A model generated the notes under the pieces. The model was not told where the DNA came from. It saw only the letters and a program-made list of their open reading frames with translations, and did not search any database. A stretch of DNA of 64,000 bases from Candidatus Methanogaster sp. (GTDB lineage: Archaea; Halobacteriota; Methanosarcinia; Methanosarcinales; Methanogasteraceae), in the NCBI GenBank assembly GCA_003194445.1, contig PQXF01000001.1:140014-204013 (forward strand). Direction: 5' to 3'. Position 1 is the first letter of the stretch, and each line of letters starts with the position of its first letter. The translations under genes and the position numbers were made by a program. Below are positions 39,504 through 48,934 of this stretch, one piece after another.

Positions 39504-40123
39504 CATTTCTTTCGCAGTACATATCCCACAAGCAGAAGCAGCCCAATCGAGAACAGTGCTACCGTTGGAAGCTCGGGGATCGGGGGTTCGGGATCAGAAA
39601 CTTGTACACTATAATCTTCTACTTCGCCGTAGCCGATGGGGCCGTATGAGGGCGGTTCTGAGCCCTCTTTTAGAGAAACACGCATTCGTGTTGTTGTTGT
39701 CGACCCATTCGGAACAGTAATAGAAACTGTATGTGGTCCGCCAGTATAACTCCCATTTGCCACTACAAATTTTTCGTCCGTATCGTTGAAGTCTTCGTCC
39801 TGATTCCAATCAATCCAGGCTGTTATATAACAGGCAAAAGCGTCAGGATGAATCGTTACAGACAAATTGTATGAGACACCTCTACTTACTCTTGCGCTTA
39901 TATTTGTATAATTCCCATATCCATCGGTTTCTTTTCCGGTAGTTTCGTTTATCTCGGAAAAATTCACATTAGTAATCCATTCATACTTGGTATTACCATT
40001 AGAATCCGGATAAGCAGCTAATGCACTTGGCGCACACAGCACAAGTATCACTGCAACCAAAATGGAAAATCCCAAAGGCTTTATGTTACGGCTCCCTCTT
40101 CTATTTCGCACTTTTATATCCAT
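39503..40123 (-). CDS. GEVED-domain secreted protein with PEF-CTERM-type sorting signal (putative archaeosortase substrate)
   Basis: Signal peptide MDIKVRNRRGSRNIKPLGFSILVAVILVLCAPSALA and GYGEVEDYSVQV (GEVED motif). The C-terminus is PEPPIPELPTVALFSIGLLLLVGYVLRKK: a PE(F/L)P motif, a TM helix and a basic tail. Confidence 0.7.
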   Translation of the reverse strand: MDIKVRNRRGSRNIKPLGFSILVAVILVLCAPSALAAYPDSNGNTKYEWITNVNFSEINETTGKETDGYGNYTNISARVSRGVSYNLSVTIHPDAFACYITAWIDWNQDEDFNDTDEKFVVANGSYTGGPHTVSITVPNGSTTTTRMRVSLKEGSEPPSYGPIGYGEVEDYSVQVSDPEPPIPELPTVALFSIGLLLLVGYVLRKK

Positions 40124-40382
40124 ATTTACCACCCTTTTTGCTTTATCTTCGCCCACGTATACCCCATTTATGATTGGTAGCAGGGACATACGAGTATGCT
40201 ACAATGTCTCTTCGTTGTACCACCTATAAAAGCTTTTCGGTTTTTTTTGGGGCTGTCACAGTATATGGCGTTTAAGTCATATCTTCATCGGTGGTGCGAT
40301 TGGATAAGCCCAGATATAATATGAAATCTCTTGAATGAATCTCGCTCTTGGGCAAATAACATTTAACCTGTGTCCATCTGGG

Positions 40383-40440
40383 AAATCTGTGGCTGATAAA
40401 AGCTTTTAGCCACAGATTAACACTGATTACACAGATTTTA
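40383..40440 (+). repeat. Hairpin repeat family 2 copy
   Basis: AAATCTGTGGCTGATAAAAGCTTTTAGCCACAGATTAACACTGATTACACAGATTTTA. Confidence 0.75.
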
Positions 40441-40882
40441 TCTACAACTTACTTGAACATACTCATGGAATCGTATGTAGCACCAGATGGCGTGACAATC
40501 TCGGTTTTTTACGATTGTAAAAACGTTAAAGATACTCTCCGCACGAAATTACGCTATTCCGGTTTTATTCTACTATCAACACAAAAGATGGACCGTTGAG
40601 GATCTATCGAGAGAAGAATGCGGAAGAGGCGAGTCCGATAATGATTTATCAGTGCAAGATTGACGAAAATGTAAAAAGATTCGAAGAGAAGTTCTGAACG
40701 CGAAAAGTGTACGCGATCTTATGAGCCTTGTACCAGTCATCGGCGTATATCAGTGGCACTGGTTATGATTTTTTCAGAAAAAAGAGATTTTGTAGCCTGT
40801 GAAACCCACAATGCCGGGTTAAGTTGGGCTGTCAACCCGGGCGGGGACCCCCTGATCCGAACTCCCGGGAAGACCTTCTCCT

Positions 40883-42289
40883 TCACCCGACCATGATATG
40901 CTTCACTTCGAGGTAACCCTTGAGACCATGCATCCCAAGCTCCCTGCCAATCCCGCTCTCGCGATACCCGCCAAACGGCGCATACTTCGGAGCGCCATGA
41001 TACGTATTAATCCACACCGTTCCTGCCCGGATGTGGCTTGCAACCCTCTTTGCACGAGAAACATCCTCTGACCAGACCGCTCCGGCAAGCCCGTACCTTG
41101 TATCGTTCGCGATCTCGATAGCTTCCGCCTCATCGCTGTACGTCAGCACAGACAGCACCGGTCCGAATATCTCCTCTTGTGCGATACGCGATCCCGATTC
41201 CACGTGATCAAATATCGTCGGCTCGACAAAGTAGCCAGCCCGGTCGAGACGTTTTCCACCGGTTACGAGTTCTGCACCATCCTCGATCCCGTATCTGATG
41301 TATCTCAAGTCTTTTTCCATCTGCTCGGGACTTATCACAGGTCCCATGTCAGGATCGTCGAGTCCGTCCCCGATCACAAGCCGTCCCGTCTCTGCGACCA
41401 TCAGTTCCATGAACCGATCGTGGATGCTCTCTGGTAGAAGCAGCCTCGAACCCGCGGTGCATACCTGCCCCGCGTTAAAAAACATCGCAAAGACGGCACC
41501 CTTCACCGCCTTTCCTATATCTGCGTCACCGAGGATTATGTTTGCGGATTTCCCACCGCATTCGAGCGTTATCTTCTTGAGATTCCCTGACGCATCTCTC
41601 ATGACCTCTTTTCCGGTCTCAGTTCCCCCGGTAAACGCAATCTTGTCGACCTTTGCGCTTCCCGCAAGTTCTGCCCCGGCAACGCTCCCCTGTCCAGTGA
41701 TCACGTTTACCACACCTTTCGGGCATCCTGCCCTGCTAAATATCTCGCCAAGTTCGAGCGCTGTTAGAGGGGTCTGGCTTGATGGCTTGAGTATGATCGT
41801 ATCTCCCGCGGCAAGTGCTGGCGCAACCTTCCATGACGCCATCTTAAGCGGCAGGTTCCACGGGACGATCCCTGCAGCAACTCCGGCTGGCTCGTAGTAG
41901 ACGGTGCTCTGGGCGCCAAGTTCCTCGACAAGCGGCTCTGTGAAACCCGCGTAATACTCGAAGAAGTCTGCCACGTCAGGGACGAACCGCGTTGCCCAGC
42001 CAATCGGCATTCCGTTATCCAGCGTTTCAAGGCGTGCGAGTCGATCCGCGTCCTTGCGGAGGAGTTCTGCTGCTTTCAGGAGGACGATCTTCCGGAGTGT
42101 GTGGTTCCAGCTCCAGTCGGTGTTGTCGAACGCGTCACGCGCTGCATCGATCGCTTTTCTGGCATCCACGCGTCCACCGTCTGCGACGGTTGCGATTCTC
42201 TCTTCTGTCGCCGGGTTAGTTACTGAGATTGTATTTTTAGACTCCGGTTCAGTCCATTCGCCGTTGATCCAAAGTTTGTATTGTTTCAT
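40883..42289 (-). CDS. NAD(P)-dependent aldehyde dehydrogenase
   Basis: 468 aa. Catalytic Glu (LECGGKSANII) and Cys (FFNAGQVCTAGSRLL) motifs and the GSVAG NAD-binding region are present. Confidence 0.9.
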   Translation of the reverse strand: MKQYKLWINGEWTEPESKNTISVTNPATEERIATVADGGRVDARKAIDAARDAFDNTDWSWNHTLRKIVLLKAAELLRKDADRLARLETLDNGMPIGWATRFVPDVADFFEYYAGFTEPLVEELGAQSTVYYEPAGVAAGIVPWNLPLKMASWKVAPALAAGDTIILKPSSQTPLTALELGEIFSRAGCPKGVVNVITGQGSVAGAELAGSAKVDKIAFTGGTETGKEVMRDASGNLKKITLECGGKSANIILGDADIGKAVKGAVFAMFFNAGQVCTAGSRLLLPESIHDRFMELMVAETGRLVIGDGLDDPDMGPVISPEQMEKDLRYIRYGIEDGAELVTGGKRLDRAGYFVEPTIFDHVESGSRIAQEEIFGPVLSVLTYSDEAEAIEIANDTRYGLAGAVWSEDVSRAKRVASHIRAGTVWINTYHGAPKYAPFGGYRESGIGRELGMHGLKGYLEVKHIMVG

Positions 42290-42522
42290 GATTGCTTACT
42301 CTTTAACCAGTGACTTGTGATCCCATTGTACAAAAAATGTAACTACTCGGGTACCTAAACCACTGTCAGGGAACTTCACTATATATGCAGACTACCCTAT
42401 CCGGGACATGGGGCATACTGTAACCAAGAGTCTTTTTATTATTTTCTGGGAACGTCGGATTGTCTTACGCGACCCCAACTGTTAGAATGGAGCACTATCG
42501 ATCTGAAAATCCATTTACATCG

Positions 42523-42580
42523 TTAATCTGTGGCTAATACTGTTTTTTATCCACAGATTAACACCAATTTCACTGATTAC
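42523..42580 (+). repeat. Hairpin repeat family 2 copy
   Basis: TTAATCTGTGGCTAATACTGTTTTTTATCCACAGATTAACACCAATTTCACTGATTAC. Same orientation as the copy at 40383. Confidence 0.75.
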
Positions 42581-42703
42581 CCCCATCTAATCATATTTGT
42601 ATCTGCCTGATTGGCGTCACGTTTTCAACCGACCAGGACAAATTCAAAAGACCCACTATGTTTTTTACGCTTGAATGCGGTAGTGCGTAGCAGGACGGAG
42701 ACA

Positions 42704-43546
42704 TTAACCTTTTGCAAATCTCGGATAGCAGATGATCAGGATCGGAATCATGAATAACACGATGACGAGCAACCATCCCCACAAACCGAGATCCATGAGC
42801 TGGTATATGATGAGTTTTTCCTCTTTTTTGAACTCAAACATGTGTGGAAATGCCTCACTCAAAAATTCCTTCTCCATTTCGAGTACATTCTCATAAGATC
42901 CGGATAATGGGGCGAGTGCAGAAACCCGGATCATCGTAATGGTATTTGAGGTAAAACCCCTGTTCAGGTAGAGATACAGAACAACCCTTCGCTCTGTGAT
43001 TTTTCCCTTCGATTCCTTTACCACAACGAGTTTCTTGACGGAGATTGATTTATTTTCTTCTTCACTTTTCTTATATATAGAAAACTCTTCTTCCCAGCCC
43101 ACATTCTGCATAGACACAGGTACCTTCTCCTTACCTTCCTCCTCTATCGTGTATCCAAGGCTAGGATAACAGACGATTGGCGGATGGAAACTTGAACGAT
43201 TGTCCGATTGGATGATGAGGAAGAATAAGGGTTGATACGATTCAGGATTGGTATATGCACGCATAAGCATGACGTCTGCATCCAATCCAGATGCACGATT
43301 AGCAGTATTGTAATTAGATCCCCTCCAATGACCTATCTCTATTGGAAATTCATTCATACAGTCATCGCTTCCGAGATCCATCCTTGTTCGAACCGTCATT
43401 GCGTCTCTTGATGCGCGTGCAAGTTCGGTGTCGATCGCGGTGGCGGATTTGGAAAAGAGCATGGACTGATTCGAAAAGAGCATGACAATTACTAATGTAA
43501 GCACCAGAAGTCCAATGATCGGGGCATATTCTTTAAAGAAGTTCAT
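42704..43546 (-). CDS. EpsI-family (exosortase-associated) protein
   Basis: N-terminal TM, then FPIEIGHWRGS....LDADVMLMRAYTN....PLFFLIIQSDNRSSFHPPIVCYPSLGYTI matches the EpsI signature (W.G, Y, H.P..C...G). There is an extra C-terminal TM. AAGGAGG lies 6 nt before the ATG at 43546. Confidence 0.7.
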   Translation of the reverse strand: MNFFKEYAPIIGLLVLTLVIVMLFSNQSMLFSKSATAIDTELARASRDAMTVRTRMDLGSDDCMNEFPIEIGHWRGSNYNTANRASGLDADVMLMRAYTNPESYQPLFFLIIQSDNRSSFHPPIVCYPSLGYTIEEEGKEKVPVSMQNVGWEEEFSIYKKSEEENKSISVKKLVVVKESKGKITERRVVLYLYLNRGFTSNTITMIRVSALAPLSGSYENVLEMEKEFLSEAFPHMFEFKKEEKLIIYQLMDLGLWGWLLVIVLFMIPILIICYPRFAKG

Positions 43547-44363
43547 TCTGTCCTCCTTTTTCCCCAATCCTGCATTTCATTAATTTACTGATGATTATCA
43601 GGGATATAAATGCGATGATAAATAAAAAAGGGCTGGAAAAATCATGGAATAACCTCATTGCAACCTCCGCGCCATGATGATCCGCGATCAGGATTATGGC
43701 GGTGACTCTGATGATATTTGCAACGATTGCGACTGGAATCGTTATGCAGAAAAGAGCGGTTTTTGTTAGAAGTGGGCATTTTAATAGGTAAGCGAAAATG
43801 GCAGATACCGCCAGTAATGAGATGAGCGTATTCATCCCGCTGCAGGGCAGACCGATAGAGAATGAACAATCCGTGAGTTGGATTTCAGATCCTGTTTGTA
43901 TAACTGCGACTCCAAGCATTTCAAGAGTCAGCGCGGAATAGCGTGCTGATATCGATTGGAGGGTGACTGAGATAGCAGGCACCACCGGGATCGGGATTGC
44001 GAATATCAGGAATAGCACAGGGAATAGCAGCGATCTCATCATCTCTTTTCCATACAGATAAAGGATCAAGCCGCAGAGTACGAACAGAAAAGAGATCGCG
44101 GATAAGAAGGGGAAGATCATGATGGAGCCGATGATGTAGAGAATAATGCCGAATGTCAAGGGGATTATTCCGGGTTTGAAAGGATCAGTATCGCGCATGT
44201 CTTTATCTCTCACGCTTCTCCATGCGAAGAATAACGAGACGATCGGGATTAATACGCCGTGAGAATATACCTGGTCAGTGAACCATGTATTGGCAAGCCA
44301 GACGAATGTGCGAAGATACATGAGGGATAAGAGGGACACGAGCAGGATCGTGATCTTTTTCAT
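43533..44363 (-). CDS. Archaeosortase/exosortase-family transpeptidase
   Basis: W.TDQVYSHGVLIP N-terminal motif, catalytic Cys context IGLPCSGMNTLISL, conserved Arg in IVANIIRVTAI and a downstream His. 276 aa, polytopic. Confidence 0.8.
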   Translation of the reverse strand: MKKITILLVSLLSLMYLRTFVWLANTWFTDQVYSHGVLIPIVSLFFAWRSVRDKDMRDTDPFKPGIIPLTFGIILYIIGSIMIFPFLSAISFLFVLCGLILYLYGKEMMRSLLFPVLFLIFAIPIPVVPAISVTLQSISARYSALTLEMLGVAVIQTGSEIQLTDCSFSIGLPCSGMNTLISLLAVSAIFAYLLKCPLLTKTALFCITIPVAIVANIIRVTAIILIADHHGAEVAMRLFHDFSSPFLFIIAFISLIIISKLMKCRIGEKGGQNELL

Positions 44364-44553
44364 TGATGATTATTTATTTCTCCAGACCTTATAAGCATAT
44401 CCCACAAACGCGAGCAAGCCAACTGAAAAGGGGATCAATAAGCTCAGTTCAGGGGTCGGATGTTATTTCTCTGAATCATAAGCCTATCGTTCACAGGGCA
44501 TCACACCATAAGACGCGACAGCCCGATGCCATGGAGCCGTAAACATCTTTACC

Positions 44554-45555
44554 ATGGATGCCAGAAGACACCCCATGACGATCGAGATCACGACACCCTC
44601 TCGTCTCCATATCACCTTAATCGATCTCAACGCATCGATCGGGCGGGTGGATGGCGGGATCGGGCTGACGATCGGAGAGCCAGGCATCCGCATCAAGGCA
44701 GAAGTGGTAGAAGCGGCAGAAGGGGTGGATGGGATCACCGTCGCAGGCGACTCTGAACTGACGGGCCGGATGCGCGAGAGCGCGAGAGCGATCCTCCCGG
44801 AGGGCTGCGGCGTCCGCATCCACATCGAGCAAGATTCCCCTTCGCACGTCGGTCTTGGCACTGGCACGCAGGCAGCACTTGCCGCGGGCATGGCTGTGAA
44901 CCGGTTGTACAACCTAAGCATGAGCGTGCGGGATATCGCAATCGCTGTAGGGCGCGGCGGAACATCAGGCATCGGTGTCGCGTCGTTTGAGAGCGGCGGT
45001 TTCATCCTCGATTCCGGGCATAAGTTTTCCGAGAAGGGTGTATTCAAGCCGTCGGCAGCATCACAGTCGCCGCCGGCATCGATCCTGTTCCAGCAGCCAT
45101 TCCCGGACTGGGAGATCGTGCTTGCAATCCCTGGTGTTGTGGGTGCGCATGATGCAAGAGAGGTGGACATCTTCGGAAAGGAGTGCCCGATCCCACTTTC
45201 GGAGGTACGAAAACTCTCGCATATCATATTAATGGAGACGCTTCCGAGTGTTGTCGAAGGCGACATCGAGGCATTCGGGGATTCGATAAATCGGATACAG
45301 GATGTAGGGTTCAAGAGACGTGAGATTGCGCTTCAGGAACCGGAGATCGTGCAGATCATCAAACGGATGCAGGAAAGTACGTGTGGCGCCGGGATGAGTT
45401 CATTCGGACCTGCAGTCTACGGGATCACAGACAGCCGCAGGGCGGCGGCAGATACCATGCACCGGGTGCAGGAGTTTCTGGATGCGACACTCGGTGGCAG
45501 GTGCATGGTTGTTCATGCCAGGAACTCGGGTGCTGATGTGTGCGTATCCCCATAA
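44554..45555 (+). CDS. mptG: Beta-ribofuranosylaminobenzene 5'-phosphate synthase (methanopterin biosynthesis, GHMP superfamily)
   Basis: ITTPSRLHITLIDLNASIGRVDGGIGLTIGEP and GLGTGTQAALAAG motifs. The true start may be the ATG at 44575. Confidence 0.75.
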   Translation: MDARRHPMTIEITTPSRLHITLIDLNASIGRVDGGIGLTIGEPGIRIKAEVVEAAEGVDGITVAGDSELTGRMRESARAILPEGCGVRIHIEQDSPSHVGLGTGTQAALAAGMAVNRLYNLSMSVRDIAIAVGRGGTSGIGVASFESGGFILDSGHKFSEKGVFKPSAASQSPPASILFQQPFPDWEIVLAIPGVVGAHDAREVDIFGKECPIPLSEVRKLSHIILMETLPSVVEGDIEAFGDSINRIQDVGFKRREIALQEPEIVQIIKRMQESTCGAGMSSFGPAVYGITDSRRAAADTMHRVQEFLDATLGGRCMVVHARNSGADVCVSP

Positions 45556-45716
45556 TAAGGCGCGGGGACAAACCATTCAATAGAAAATAGTATCCACTTC
45601 AAAGATCACGGTAATCAGAAGATAATAAAAAGTACCGAGGTTTGAGGAGCAGCCGAAGGGGAAAACCATTTAAACAAATCAATCCAGAAGGATCTTGTGA
45701 AAATTGTGGTGAGAAA

Positions 45717-46124
45717 ATGAAGACGAAGGACGTACGCTGGAAACAGCGATTTCAGAATTTTGAGAAAGCTTATGTGCGTTTGGAAGAAGCAATGGAGCTG
45801 GAAGAATTGACCGAACTTGAAAGAAATGGTTTGATTCAGCGTTTTGAGTTCACACTCGATCTTTCGTGGAAGGTGATGAAAGATTTTTTGGAAGAAAAAG
45901 GATTTGTTTTTAAACCTTCGCCCAAGGATACGTTGCGACTGGCACAACAGAGCGAATATATAACTTATGCGCAAGAGCTGATTGATGGATTGGATATAAG
46001 AAACGAGCTCTCACACGATTATAGCGGTGAAAAATTTGAACGTTCGGAGAAGAAATTAAGAGGAGAAACTTATGTTGCATTGAGAAAACTGCACCTCTTT
46101 TTTGTAAATGAAAAAAACAAATGA
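45717..46124 (+). CDS. HEPN-domain protein, HI0074 family (nucleotidyltransferase substrate-binding protein; toxin of HEPN/MNT pair)
   Basis: DVRWKQRFQNFEKAY..L......ELERNGLIQRFEFTLDLSWKVMKDFL...........DIRNELSHDY. Start set at the ATG at 45717. Confidence 0.75.
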   Translation: MKTKDVRWKQRFQNFEKAYVRLEEAMELEELTELERNGLIQRFEFTLDLSWKVMKDFLEEKGFVFKPSPKDTLRLAQQSEYITYAQELIDGLDIRNELSHDYSGEKFERSEKKLRGETYVALRKLHLFFVNEKNK

Positions 46125-46462
46125 TTATGCAGAATTATTCCATGAATAAAAAGGGAAAAAATTCTTTTGGACTTTTCGATAGGGATATGAAAACGTTGCA
46201 GGACATTTTTAAAAAATATCCTGATGTGAAAAACGTTTTTGTATTTGGGAGTCGGGCTAAGGGAACGTACAAACAAGGCAGTGATATTGATCTGGCAATA
46301 ATGAACGAAGGGGTGCAAGATACGTTTATCCGCAAGATGAAAAGCGATTTTGAAGACAGCAGCCTGCCTTATACAGTTGATCTGGTGAACTACCCCACAC
46401 TAAAACATCCCGAACTGAAAAATCATATTGATATGGTCGGGGTGCCTTTGTTCCAAAAATAA
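46121..46462 (+). CDS. Minimal nucleotidyltransferase (MNT, HI0073-like; antitoxin of HEPN/MNT pair)
   Basis: VFVFGSRAKGTYKQGSDIDLAIM (GS..G..SD.DL motif). ATGA overlap with the HEPN gene. Confidence 0.8.
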   Translation: MIMQNYSMNKKGKNSFGLFDRDMKTLQDIFKKYPDVKNVFVFGSRAKGTYKQGSDIDLAIMNEGVQDTFIRKMKSDFEDSSLPYTVDLVNYPTLKHPELKNHIDMVGVPLFQK

Positions 46463-46562
46463 CCGCGCATATATGAGAGTATCAATCATAGGCACCATCT
46501 AAAAATCCAGTGATATCCACACTTTCTGCCAACCACGCACACCCAACTCCCCTCATCTATAG

Positions 46563-46690
46563 GTGACGAAAGTCCCAGACCAGAAAATCCACACCAGATT
46601 TTCCACATTTTCCCGACAAAACCACGAAAACTGTCCGCACAGCAGTCAAAAATTGATAGCCACTGCTAAGGACACTTACACATCATTCAC
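46563..46690 (+). repeat. Dispersed repeat family 4 (about 125 bp), copy a
   Basis: GTGACGAAAGTCCCAGACCAGAAAATCCACACCAGATTTTCCACATTTTCCCGACAAAACCACGAAAAC... matches the reverse complement of 60195-60325 at roughly 80 percent identity. Confidence 0.7.
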
Positions 46691-47171
46691 AACTAAATAT
46701 CCTCAACCAGTATCCGGAAATGGCACAAACATCAAAAATACCTCCAGAAGCGTCAGCAATTCCCGCTCTCCTTTAGCACCCGCATCTAAAATGTCGTGTG
46801 ACTACACCGCCTCTCGATATCGGTTTGTCGTGTAATACGATGAAGTAGAAGTGCTTCATAACTTAAAATGTTCGCGAAAACACAAAGAAACAGTCCTGAC
46901 GTTAGCGATTTTCGTTGTGATTGTAAACGTATGCAAGAGAGGGTGGTCTTTCATCATTTTGCACATATTTCGTAAACATTTCGTAACACACTTTGTCCCA
47001 TCACAAAACAAATCAACAGCATGCGGTGATATAGCTACAAACAGTTAAGGGTCGAAAGTGTAGAGGGAACGGGAATTACTGAAGAAGCTTCTTTTCACAC
47101 TTGCCCAGTACCCCCGCCCGTTTCATCGCTGATAGTTTCATCTGGTTCTTAATTCCCCTCTCAGTCATGAG

Positions 47172-47705
47172 TTGCTTCTTCATGAGCGTCTTCAGACTTG
47201 CCGAATAGTAGTTCTTGACCAAATTATTGTTGTGAAATTCTTTGATGGCGACGAAGAAACATACCATGGATGCCTGACAAACGACTACACGGAAAGCGAG
47301 GCGCAAATTATCGATGGAAGCCGCTGGCAGTGGAGAATCGAGAATTTTTCCGAGGAATGTGACTTTTTAGGGATTGATGCGCTGCCGAGCATTGAATTAA
47401 ACAAGATTGCGGCGATGGTGGCGATGAGACTGTTTGCTTTTGATCTGATCGCACGTCCGAAGAAGGGCGCGGGGCGTGAATTTGAGAATCTTACCATAGA
47501 ATCGATTTTTGAGGAAATTATCGAATTTCCGGAGTTAGTGAAGGCTAAACGAGATCGAATTGTCGTAACATTCTATGGTGGCTACAAGGAGTGGCATAAA
47601 GCGGCTGTCAATGCGCTGATGGGGCGGCTCGATTAAACGAGACGGAATGTGCCGATACCCTGGCTGGGAAATCGGAAGATCGAGGTTCGATTTAAGGGAG
47701 GGTGT
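47172..47705 (+). mobile_element. DDE transposase C-terminal remnant (IS4-like signature; family not assigned)
   Basis: ..SRWQWRIENF.. resembles the YxxRWxIE box of IS4-type transposases. The tail continues after a frame break as IPWLGNRKIEVRF. No intact N-terminal or DDE region and no inverted repeats were found. Confidence 0.4.
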
Positions 47706-47809
47706 AACCTAAATTGGGTCGTGGAAATGTCTGGTACTCCTTATTTACTTGATTTAGCATGGAGATATATATCATGGGAATTGTCAAAGAGCCAACGTGC
47801 CACCACCAC

Positions 47810-48775
47810 TCACAGATGGAAGCACGTACCAGTGATCTCCTTCTCGACTGTCCCACCATTCAGTTCCACGATCAGTGCCCCGTCGTGGTCGACGCCGACC
47901 GCTTCACCAACAATCGTCCTGAATCTTGTTACGATCTTCACCCTCCGCCCGATAGTGGACGAATATTCCCTCCATTGCGTGATGACCGAAGGGAAACCAT
48001 CCGTCAGGAATGTTGTATAATACTGCTCGAAGCGCTCCAGAAACCTCTGCGTGATCGCTATCCTATCCACAACCTGCCCGGTCTCTTCTTTAAGCGACGT
48101 TGCCTGTAGCATTGTGATCGGCGGGAGCAGATCGAGCCCGGTATTGGCGTTGATCCCGATCCCGATGATCACGTAGTTCATGACATCTGCCTCTGCATCG
48201 ATCTCGGTTAAGATGCCACAGACCTTCTTCTCGTTTATGAGTATGTCGTTGGGCCACTTTATTCTTGCGTCAAGCCCCATTTCATTTAAGACCTCGACAG
48301 CCGCAACTCCGGTAACAAGCGTCAGCCTGTGGATGTGGTCAGGCGGGATCTCCGGCTTTAGGATGATCGAGAGATATATCCCGCCGGGCGGAGATGCCCA
48401 TGCCCCACCAGTCCTGCCCTTGCCTTCGAACTGTTCCTCTGCGATAACGACGGTTCCGTTTGGGCTATCTGCGGCGATTTCTCTGGCTCTCAGATTGGTG
48501 GAGGCAATTGTATCGAAATGGTGTATCTGCCTGCCAACAAACTTGGTTTTGAGCCCTTTTTCGATTTCAGCAGGCAGGAGCAGGTCGGGAATGTCTTTGA
48601 GTAGGTAACCCTTGCCTGTGACTGATTCGATTGTATACCCACAGTCCCGCAGTGCATTGACGTGCTTCCAGACCATCGTCCGCGAGATGTTTAAAGCCCC
48701 TGATAGGTCTTCACCTGAAACAAAGTCATCAGGTTTTTCTTTTAGCATTTCTAAGATTTTTTGTTCTGTTTTCAT
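47810..48775 (-). CDS. birA: Bifunctional biotin-[acetyl-CoA-carboxylase] ligase / biotin operon repressor
   Basis: N-terminal wHTH (MKTEQKILEMLKEKPDDFVSGEDLSGALNISRTMVWKHVNALRDCGY), then a ligase core with GKGRTGGAW (GRGRxGRxW-type) and KWPND motifs. Start set at the ATG at 48775. Confidence 0.85.
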   Translation of the reverse strand: MKTEQKILEMLKEKPDDFVSGEDLSGALNISRTMVWKHVNALRDCGYTIESVTGKGYLLKDIPDLLLPAEIEKGLKTKFVGRQIHHFDTIASTNLRAREIAADSPNGTVVIAEEQFEGKGRTGGAWASPPGGIYLSIILKPEIPPDHIHRLTLVTGVAAVEVLNEMGLDARIKWPNDILINEKKVCGILTEIDAEADVMNYVIIGIGINANTGLDLLPPITMLQATSLKEETGQVVDRIAITQRFLERFEQYYTTFLTDGFPSVITQWREYSSTIGRRVKIVTRFRTIVGEAVGVDHDGALIVELNGGTVEKEITGTCFHL

Positions 48776-48934
48776 TATTAGAACCTCCTTGAGACGAGAG
48801 CGTACCGGACGGATACAAAGGAGCATTTAAAAGCCCCGATGTAGACTCAAACGATAGCCCTTTAGTCATTTTAGTTCTTCCTTCGGTTATATTCGAAATA
48901 CTGTTGTGGTCAAATCGACCCCACACAAGTGGCA

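Noticed and set aside
41298-41897. Long antisense or alternative-frame ORFs inside strong genes (also 56264-57088, 44484-45314, 34074-34760, 31033-31509, 49525-50112, 10386-10940, 22556-23098, 52630-53202)
   Set aside because: Each lies opposite to, or out of frame with, a gene that has clear family motifs. Compositions are S/P/R/A-biased, as is typical of shadow ORFs in moderately GC-rich coding DNA.
47076-47306. 76-aa minus-strand ORF (..KTLMKKQLMTERGIKNQMKLSAMKRAGVLGKCEKKLLQ) next to the transposase relic
   Set aside because: It overlaps the plus-strand transposase-like frame, and I recognise no family or start context. It could be another IS fragment, but I cannot support a call.
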